A stretch of 64,000 nt of DNA from Azolla caroliniana (Eukaryota > Plantae > Polypodiophyta): assembly GCA_043228905.1 (NCBI GenBank), contig JBHGNT010000002.1, positions 16,120,001 to 16,184,000 on the forward strand, written 5' to 3'. Below the pieces are notes generated by a model. That model did no database searches. It was given only the letters and a program-made list of their open reading frames with translations, and was not told the DNA's origin. Positions 1 through 8,008 of this stretch are shown piece by piece. The position numbers and the translations under genes were made by a program. The first letter of the stretch is position 1. Each line of letters begins with the position of its first letter.

Positions 1-604
1 ACCCTCCGACTCCTACTAGGAGTCGTGATGATAGAAGATCTAGAGCTCGAGCAAAGGGATGTAAAGACGGCATTCCTACACAGAGATCTGGAAGAAGACA
101 TATACATGTCTCAACCGGCAGGCTTCACGGCGACGAGGGAGGACATTCACCTCGTATGTCGACTAAAGAAAAGTCTATATGGCCTAAAACAAGCACCGAG
201 AATGTGGTACCAGAAGTTTGACTCCTACATACGGCAGCTTGGATACAACATATCAGACTTTGACCCATGCATGTATGTTCGGAAACTGGCCGACGAGTCA
301 AGGATCTATCTGATCCTATACGTCGATGACATGTTGATTGCAGGAAGCAATCAAGCAGAGATTGGTAAGCTGAAGCGGAGCCTTCACGCAAAGTTCGCGA
401 TGAAGGAACTCGGACAAGCCCGACACATACTAGGCATGAGGAACTCGGACAACAAAAATTCTCTGACTCTCCCAGTCCGAATACATCCGCAAGGTGCTGA
501 AGTGCTTCAACATGGAGAATGCGAAGTCAGCACCGACACCACTTCCGAAATTGATTGGACTATCAGACAAAGACTTTCCTTCGACAGACAAGGAGAGAGA
601 CATT
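1..604 (+). mobile_element. Ty1/copia element A, RT region (decayed; continues at 5995 after insertion of element B)
   Basis: ORF 25..837 carries DVKTAFLH, LKKSLYGLKQAPRMW and LILYVDDMLI motifs, then frameshifts. It is interrupted at TSD ACATT (600-604). Confidence 0.92.
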
Positions 605-1239
605 TGTTGGGATTACGGTCCCTCCGGATGGGATGGTCAGATGTCCGGGAATCGGGAATGAAGACCCGAATGAGGAGTACCCGGTATCGGAACCGGATGA
701 TGAAGACCCGGTTTCGGATCCGGATGATGAAGACCCCGGCTACGGAGCCGGATGACGAATGTACCCGGAGAGAGATCCGGATGCGAGGACATATTTGTGA
801 ATATGTTTGCCAAGGGCCCTCGAGGCTATATTTGTAAATAGCCCGAAAGTCATTTGTGTATAAATATGACTTAGGGCAAACAGTTTTGTTGTTGTTGCTC
901 ATTTTTCTGTTTCCCACTTAGAGGGAGCGAAGTGAGAGCAGCCGAGAGAGAGAGTGAGAGAGAGAGAAAGGAAGAGGTCGACGCCTCTGTGTAATACCGC
1001 CGCCTGTGGCGAGGACAGCGAGCTCAAGGTCGTCGCCTTGCAGCTCGCCATTGTACATTCCCTGCGTATAGTGATAGTTGGAGTCTTGCACTCCCGTGGT
1101 TTTTTCCCGTCTAGGGTTTTCCACGCTAAACCCTGTGCATTCAAGTCTCTCTCTGTGTTTTCGATTTTCTGCTGCATTGATTCGTGTTTCCTCGGTTGTG
1201 GCCGAGAGGTGAAGGTTTTGAAAGCGTCAATTCCTAACA
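605..1239 (+). repeat. 5' LTR of copia B
   Basis: Direct repeat of 5355-5989; TATAAAT near 859; ~27-bp CCGG-rich U3 repeats near 660-755. Confidence 0.97.
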
Positions 1240-1242
1240 ATC

Positions 1243-1254
1243 TGGTATCAGAGC
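1243..1254 (+). promoter_or_regulatory. Primer binding site (initiator Met-tRNA) of copia B
   Basis: TGGTATCAGAGC 3 nt after the LTR end. Confidence 0.95.
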
Positions 1255-1270
1255 GACTGCAGTGCAGAAA

Positions 1271-4200
1271 ATGGAAGGCGGCAGCAGCGGGCAGCCGGGG
1301 ATGATGGTGCTGAATGCGCAGAACTACGCCGACTGGAAGATAAAGATGGAGGATCTGCTCATTGTTCGGGACCTGTATGAACCGATCGACAGGTCGGAAA
1401 TACCCAAGGGGGTACTTGAGACGGAATGGAGGCTTCTGAACCGGAAAGCCGTTGCAACCATTCGGCAATACGTCGACGTGAGCGTTCTACAACATGTGGC
1501 GAACGACACCAACGCATATGAGATGTGGCAGAAGCTGTCGGGCCTCTACGAGAGGAAGAATGCGTTGAACCGGACCTCCCTGATGAGGAAGATAGTGAAC
1601 CTCAAGTACCGGGACAGCGAGAGTATGGTGGAACACGTAAGCACGTTCATGGGATTCGTGAACCAGCTTGCGGCGATCAAGTTCCCGTTGGAGGATGCAA
1701 TGCAAGCCATCATGCTGATGTGTACATTGCCGGAAAGCTGGGAGAACTTGGTGGTGACCCTCAGCACCTCCTGCACCGAAGATAACTTGTCCCTACAAAC
1801 AGTAAAGACAAGCATTTTGAACGAAGAAGCGCGTCGGAGAGATAAAGAACCGGCCTCCGATCCGAAGATGCTGCTTACCGAATCGGATCGGGGAAGACAA
1901 CGGAACCGGAGTCCGCAAAGACGGGCGAAGTCGGGGACCCGGTCGCAGTCAAGAGGAAGGCCCACATGCTTCCACTGTGGGAAGCCGGGGCACTTCCGAA
2001 AGAATTGTCGGCATTATCGAAAAGACAACGGAGCCGACGACACCGATTCGAAGAAGTCTTCGGAACGGAACGGTGCTTACCTGGGAGCCACGGACCGGAA
2101 CGGTTCGGATCGGCGAGGGCAGGACCGGAAAGGAACGACGGCACTCGCGGCAAGTGAAGAGGAGATCATGCTCATCACCGAAGAAGGTGAACTAAACATT
2201 GCCGGCGATGAGACTACCTGGGTGGTCGATTCCGGAGCGTCGTTCCACCTGACCCCGGAAAGAAGATACTTCTCATCCTACACAGCCGGTGAGCATGGCT
2301 GTGTTCGGATGGGAAATGAAGGTACGTGCCGGATTGCCGGCATAGGAGACGTGTGGTTGACAACCTTGACCGGATGCAAAATGTTGCTGAAGGATGTCCG
2401 ACACGTTCCGGAGGTTCGATTGAACCTGATTTCGGCCGGGAGGCTAGACGATGAAGGCTACACAGGTAGCATCCGGAACTGCGTAATGAAGTTCAGCAAG
2501 GGGAGCCTGATAGTGGCTCGGGCCCGGAAAGTCAACACACTGTACCTTATGAATGCCTGGTTGTGTCCGGAGGAGTTGAACGTGGCAACCGACAGTGCCG
2601 GTGAGCTGTGGCACAAGAGACTGTGCCACATGAGTGAGAAGGGGATGAAGAGGCTTGCAGAAGACAACCTTATTCCAGTGAAGCATGTGCACCTGGAGAA
2701 GTGCACCGATTGCCTGGCCGGTAAGCAGAACCGAACCTCCTTCCACTCAAGGCCACCGACGAGACGTAGCGCACCATTGGAGTTGGTGCACACTGACGTG
2801 TGTCAAGTAGAAACGAAGTCACATGGCGGAGCCCAGTACTTCGTGACATTCATTGATGACCACAGCCGGAAGCTGTGGACGGCACCGTTGAAGACAAAGG
2901 ACCAAGTGTTGTGCGTCTTCAAAGAACTCCACGCGAGAGTGGAAAGGGAATCCGGCAAGAAGCTGAAAGCGATACGAGCGGATAACGGAGGGGAATACCG
3001 GGGGCAGTTCGAGGAGTACTGTCGCTCGAAAGGAATCCGGCTCGAGTTTACTGTGCCGAAGACGCCGAAACTGAACGGGTTGGCCGAGAGGATGAACCGG
3101 ACCATAATGGAGAGGGTCCAGAGTATGCTGGCGCATGCGAAATTACCCAAGGGGTTTTGGGCTGAGGCAATGTCGACGGCGACATACGTGATAAACAGAT
3201 CACCCTCAGTACCTTTGGACGGAGACACGCCGCAGAGAGTGTGGACCGGTAGGGAAGTATCCTACCGGCATCTGAAGGTGTTCGGGTGTCTCGCATATGT
3301 GCATGTGGCAAAGGACCGGAGAGGAAAGCTAGATCCAAAGACCCGGCCATGCATATTCCTCGGTTACGGCGATGACGAGTTCGGCTACCGAGTATGGGAC
3401 CCAGTCGACAAAAAGATATTCCGGAGTCGTGATATCATCTTCATGGAGGACAAGACACTCGCCGACTGGGAGTCGGAGAAGAAGATGAAGAGCTCCAAGT
3501 CGACCGGTGAGGATCAACTCTACGAGGAGCAGTCCCGACCGGCAAGGGACCGGTTAGCACTCGAGGATCCGGCCGAAGACGGTGAAGAAACAGAACCGGC
3601 CGAGGAAGATGAAACTGATACCGGAACCGGCCCCGATCACGAAATGGATTCGGATGAAGAGGAAACAGAGGAGCCGGTTACCGAAGCTCCGGAACGGAGA
3701 TATCCTCTAAGAGAGAGAAGGCCCCCCCGGAGATTTCCGGAACCAGAGCACGTGCTGCCAACCGACGAGGGGGAGCCGGAGAGTTTTGAAGAAGCAAAGC
3801 TTGACACCCATAGCCGCAGGTGGTTAAGTGCCATGCAGGAGGAGATGGATTCCCTGCATGAGAACCACACATATGAACTTGTGGAGTTGCCGAAAGGAAA
3901 GCGGGCACTTCGAAACAAGTGGGTGTTCAAGCTGAAACCGGGAGATGCCGGAAACCCCCCGAGATACAAAGCCAGGATCGTGGTGAAGGGGTTCCAGCAG
4001 AAGAAGGGTGTCGACTTCGACGAGATATTCGCCCCGGTAGTGAAGATGACCTCCATCCGGACGGTGCTGAGCATAGCGGCAAGCATGGACCTCGAGGTAG
4101 AACAGATGGACGTGAAGACGGCATTCCTTCACGGTGACCTCGAAGAAGAGATCTACATGCAGCAACCGGAAGGATTCGAGAAGAAAGGGAAGGAGCACCT

Positions 4201-5344
4201 GGTATGCCGGTTGAAGAAGAGCCTTTACGGACTGAAGCAGGCTCCCCGGCAATGGTACCGGAAGTTCGACTCTTTCATGACCGACGAAGGGTACCACAAA
4301 ACGCAGTCCGATCACTGCGTGTTTGTGACGAAGTTCGAAGGAGGAGACTTTCTAATACTCCTCCTGTACATGGACGACATGTTGATCGTCGGACGGGACC
4401 AGGTCAAGATACGGATGCTGAAGAAAGCGCTTCACCGAACCTTCTCAATGAAGGACCTGGGTCCGGCGAGGCAAATACTAGGGATGCACATCATCCGGGA
4501 CCGGAAGAAGAAGCAGTTGTGGCTGTCACAGGAGAAGTACGTGACAAAGGTGCTTCACCGGTTCAACATGTCGGAAGCAAGACCGGTCGGGTCAACCCTC
4601 CCGGCAAACTGCAAGTTGTCCAGCAAGCAAAGCCCCAAGACAAAGGCTGAGAAGGAGGACATGATGAAAGTACCATATGCCTCTGCCGTCGGAAGCTTGA
4701 TGTACGCAATGGTGTGTACAAGACCGGACATAGGATATGCAGTCGGAGTGGTGAACCGGTACATGAGCAATCCCGGCAAAGAGCACTGGAACGCGGCCAA
4801 GTGGATACTCCGATACCTGAAGGGCACGGCAAATGTGTGCCTCCGATTCGGCTCCGGTAAGCCCGAACTCGACGGCTTTACCGATTCGGATATGTCGGCT
4901 GATGCAGATACCAGCCGGTCCACATCAGGGTATGTGATGACGTATGCAGGGGGAGCTGTTTCGTGGCAGTCGAGGCTGCAGAAGACGGTTGCGTTGTCAA
5001 CCATGGAGGCGGAGTACATGGCGGCTGTTGAAGCCGGCAAGGAAATAATATGGATGAAGGACTTCATTAGAGAGCTCGGTATCCGGCAGGAGGAGTACCG
5101 ACTCTACTGCGACAGTCAGAGTGCCATCCACCTTGCGAAGAACACGGCCTATCACTCCCGGACGAAGCACATCCAGCGTAGATATCACTGGATCCGGGAA
5201 AGGATAGAAGACCAGGAGTTCGTGCTGACGAAGATCCACACGGACGAGAACGGGTCAGATATGCTGACCAAAGTGCTCACACCCGACAAGCTGGAAGCGT
5301 GCCGGAAGAGGGTCGGACTGGAAAGACATCCCATGCCAAAGTGA
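1271..5344 (+). CDS. Gag-Pol polyprotein (Gag, CCHC knuckle, protease, GAG-pre-integrase, integrase, RT, RNase H)
   Basis: ATG at 1271 and no stops. Motifs CFHCGKPGHFRKNC, WVVDSGASFH, LWHKRLCHMSEKG, VHTDVC...IDD...NGLAERMNRT, YMDD and FTDSD...RTKHI, in copia domain order. Confidence 0.97.
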   Translation: MEGGSSGQPGMMVLNAQNYADWKIKMEDLLIVRDLYEPIDRSEIPKGVLETEWRLLNRKAVATIRQYVDVSVLQHVANDTNAYEMWQKLSGLYERKNALNRTSLMRKIVNLKYRDSESMVEHVSTFMGFVNQLAAIKFPLEDAMQAIMLMCTLPESWENLVVTLSTSCTEDNLSLQTVKTSILNEEARRRDKEPASDPKMLLTESDRGRQRNRSPQRRAKSGTRSQSRGRPTCFHCGKPGHFRKNCRHYRKDNGADDTDSKKSSERNGAYLGATDRNGSDRRGQDRKGTTALAASEEEIMLITEEGELNIAGDETTWVVDSGASFHLTPERRYFSSYTAGEHGCVRMGNEGTCRIAGIGDVWLTTLTGCKMLLKDVRHVPEVRLNLISAGRLDDEGYTGSIRNCVMKFSKGSLIVARARKVNTLYLMNAWLCPEELNVATDSAGELWHKRLCHMSEKGMKRLAEDNLIPVKHVHLEKCTDCLAGKQNRTSFHSRPPTRRSAPLELVHTDVCQVETKSHGGAQYFVTFIDDHSRKLWTAPLKTKDQVLCVFKELHARVERESGKKLKAIRADNGGEYRGQFEEYCRSKGIRLEFTVPKTPKLNGLAERMNRTIMERVQSMLAHAKLPKGFWAEAMSTATYVINRSPSVPLDGDTPQRVWTGREVSYRHLKVFGCLAYVHVAKDRRGKLDPKTRPCIFLGYGDDEFGYRVWDPVDKKIFRSRDIIFMEDKTLADWESEKKMKSSKSTGEDQLYEEQSRPARDRLALEDPAEDGEETEPAEEDETDTGTGPDHEMDSDEEETEEPVTEAPERRYPLRERRPPRRFPEPEHVLPTDEGEPESFEEAKLDTHSRRWLSAMQEEMDSLHENHTYELVELPKGKRALRNKWVFKLKPGDAGNPPRYKARIVVKGFQQKKGVDFDEIFAPVVKMTSIRTVLSIAASMDLEVEQMDVKTAFLHGDLEEEIYMQQPEGFEKKGKEHLVCRLKKSLYGLKQAPRQWYRKFDSFMTDEGYHKTQSDHCVFVTKFEGGDFLILLLYMDDMLIVGRDQVKIRMLKKALHRTFSMKDLGPARQILGMHIIRDRKKKQLWLSQEKYVTKVLHRFNMSEARPVGSTLPANCKLSSKQSPKTKAEKEDMMKVPYASAVGSLMYAMVCTRPDIGYAVGVVNRYMSNPGKEHWNAAKWILRYLKGTANVCLRFGSGKPELDGFTDSDMSADADTSRSTSGYVMTYAGGAVSWQSRLQKTVALSTMEAEYMAAVEAGKEIIWMKDFIRELGIRQEEYRLYCDSQSAIHLAKNTAYHSRTKHIQRRYHWIRERIEDQEFVLTKIHTDENGSDMLTKVLTPDKLEACRKRVGLERHPMPK

Positions 5345-5352
5345 AGGGGGAG
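5343..5352 (+). promoter_or_regulatory. Polypurine tract of copia B
   Basis: GAAGGGGGAG 2 nt before the 3' LTR. Confidence 0.92.
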
Positions 5353-5354
5353 TT

Positions 5355-5989
5355 TGTTGGGATTACAGTCCCTCCGGATGGGATGGTCAGATGTCCGGGA
5401 ATCGGGAATGAAGACCCGAATGAGGAGTACCCGGTATCGGAACCGGATGATGAAGACCCGGTTTCGGATCCGGATGATGAAGACCCCGGCTACGGAGCCG
5501 GATGACGAATGTACCCGGAGAGAGATCCGGATGCAGGGACATATTTGTGAATATGTTTGCCAAGGGCCCTCGAGGCTATATTTGTAAATAGCCCGAAAGT
5601 CATTTGTGTATAAATATGACTTAGGGCAAACAGTTTTGTTGTTGTTGCTCATTTTTCTGTTTTCCACTTAGAGGGAGCGAAGTGAGAGCAGCCGAGAGAG
5701 AGAGTGAGAGAGAGAGAAAGGAAGAGGTCGACGCCTCTGTGTAATACCGCCGCCTGTGGCGAGGACAGCGAGCTCAAGGTCGTCGCCTTGCAGCTCGCCA
5801 TTGTACATTCCCTGCGTATAGTGATAGTTGGAGTCTTGCACTCCCGTGGTTTTTTCCCGTCTAGGGTTTTCCACGCTAAACCCTGTGCATTCAAGTCTCT
5901 CTTTGTGTTTTCGATTTTCTGCTGCATTGATTCGTGTTTCCTCGGTTGTGGCCGAGAGGTGAAGGTTTTGAAAGCGTCAATTCCTAACA
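5355..5989 (+). repeat. 3' LTR of copia B
   Basis: Near-identical to 605-1239. Confidence 0.97.
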
Positions 5990-5994
5990 ACATT

Positions 5995-7142
5995 AATGGA
6001 AAAATACCCTACGCATCGGCAGTAGGAAGTATCATGTATGCAATGGTAACAACCCGACCCGACCTAGCCTATGCCGTAGGGGTGGTTAGCCGGTACATGT
6101 CAAACCCAGGAAACATGCATTGGGAGGACGTCAAGCATATCCTTAGGTATCTAAAAGGAACCCTGGATGCACAACTGACATTCGGACTAACAACCTCAAC
6201 CGAAGTCAAAGGCTACACCGATTCCGACTATGTCGGAAATGCAGATAATCGGAAATCGACATCATGTTACATCTTCACCTATGGTGGCGGGGCGATATCA
6301 TGGAGGTCGAAACTTCAAGAGTGCACAACTCTGTCTACCACAGAAGCTGAGTACATTGCAACATCGGAAGTAGCGAAGGACGCGATCTGGCTGCACCAAC
6401 TGACTGCCAACTTCGGAATTGCAAGCCGAAATGACCGACCAACGCCGACCATCTATTGTGACTCACAGAGCGCAATACACCTCATCAACAATCCCGTCTA
6501 TCATGCGAAGAAGAAGCACATTGAGGTGCGGTACCATCATATCCGGGAGCTCGTAAACGAAAAGAAACTCGAAGTCCAGAAGGTCGACACCGAGGTGAAC
6601 ATCGCTGATTGCCTAATGAAGCCACTCCTAGATCTACACTTCGGAGCACTAAGGACGAAAATGGGGCTATGACAAGCAACCGAGCAGAACAAATCCGAAC
6701 GAGGAGCAGAAGGTAAGATATGATCGGAACAATAACGGCACATCCTATACATTTGCTGACTCGGCTGCATGCCGACCAACTTGTAACATATAAACTTAGA
6801 TCAATTTTGTAATCTTGGCTTATGGGGGAGATAACCCCAAATACTTGTACATGCAAGAAACAGTAATCCTTTTACGGGGGAGTTTGTTGGCATAAAAGGC
6901 CGACTCCTTCCAAGTTGTATCCGTTCGAGTGTGAACTCGTCAATAAGTTAGGGCTTAGTATATAAGCAAATACCTAACATTGTATAGAGTGATGAGTGAC
7001 AGAGAGACGAAGCGTTTGTGCATTGTATCTCAAAGAGAGAGTGAGAACGAAGCAATAAAGCTTTCCATTAGAGCTTGCACAATGTAAGTCCACACCTATT
7101 CTATTTTCTATGTGCATCATTTATTGTCCAGTACCGACAACA
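5995..7142 (+). mobile_element. Copia A, 3' part: RT end, RNase H (stop 6672), PPT near 6876-6882 and 3' LTR 6885-7142
   Basis: IPYASAVGSIMYAM, GYTDSD, TTEAEY, KKHIEVRYH; GGGGGAG followed by TGTTGG...ACAACA. Confidence 0.9.
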
Positions 7143-7973
7143 GATCCATACACATTTCCACAAATCGCACTCGTTACCGACAAACACTCCCCCGTAATGG
7201 GTGTATACATCGAAAATCTGTAAATCGAAATAAATGTACAATACAGATTGATAAAAGGTTTTTCGAATAAATCGAAAATTTCAGTCGAGGTGGTAAACTT
7301 CGAAAAACAAAAGGCCAAATTGGCCGAGATTGGGAAAACTAAGACCGAGCTTCGAGCTGTCGAAGTCAATTGTTCGAAAAATATCCTAAGTGTCCGACTT
7401 AATTAGACTACTTCTTAGTTACACCCATCTGGTGCCATAGGGATCGGAATCGATCCGACGAAAGCCATTTGGTCATCCCATCTGCAACATTTTTTGTTGT
7501 AAATATCTTTTCGAGGCCGATTTTTCCTGAGATGACGGAATCTCGAACAAAGTGATATCGAACGTCGATATGCTTGGAGGCGTTGTGTTGAACCGGATTT
7601 TTCGACCGAGCAACAACACCTTCACTGTCACTTTAGAAAATTGGAGCCGAGTCGGATTCAACTTGTTGAAACGTGCAAGCCAACCAACCGAGCCATAAGG
7701 CATCTTCCGCCGCATCGGATGCAGCTACGTATTCGGCCTCGGTCGTTGATGTGGCAGTGCACTCCTAAAGTTCGATTTCCACGAGATTGTGTGAATGTTA
7801 ACATGTGGAAGCGTTAGACAGAACTGGAGCCGAGTCGGATTCGACTTGTTGAAACGTGCAAGCCAACCAACCGAGCCATAAGGCATCTTCCGCCGCATCG
7901 GATGCAGCTACGTATTCGGCCTCGGTCGTTGATGTGGCAGTGCACTCCTAAAGTTTCGATTTCCACGAGATTG
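7143..7973 (-). mobile_element. Copia C, 3' end (LTR remnant 7143-7186, PPT 7187-7193, RNase H); same family as element K
   Basis: CTCCCCC next to ...AAACA. Minus-strand RNase H ends ...FRSLWHQMGVTKK*, like ORF 61054..61872. Confidence 0.85.
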
Positions 7974-8008
7974 TGTGAATGTTAACATGTGGAAGCGTTA
8001 GACAGAAC
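7642..8008. repeat. Tandem duplication (~183 bp x2) spanning the C/D insertion junction
   Basis: 7642-7824 is repeated at 7825-8008; each unit includes GATTG plus the first 35 bp of the D LTR. Confidence 0.93.

Larger units (their letters stand above)
605..5989 (+). mobile_element. Full-length young Ty1/copia LTR retrotransposon B (Tork/Tnt1-like)
   Basis: LTRs 605-1239 and 5355-5989 (TGT...ACA, 635 bp each, 5 transitions by eye). TSD ACATT at 600-604 and 5990-5994. Met-tRNA PBS, PPT and a single open gag-pol. Confidence 0.98.

Noticed and set aside
1243-1254. tRNA-Met gene (also 19671, 31061, 38865, 45322)
   Set aside because: Only the 11-13 nt primer binding site is present; no cloverleaf.
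1324-5239. Many overlapping antisense and alternate-frame ORFs across gag-pol (also in F, J and K)
   Set aside because: Expected shadows of GC-rich retroelement coding sequence; no independent motifs.
5704-6672. 322-aa ORF as a novel gene
   Set aside because: Chance fusion of B 3' LTR sequence with the RNase H of element A across the TSD.
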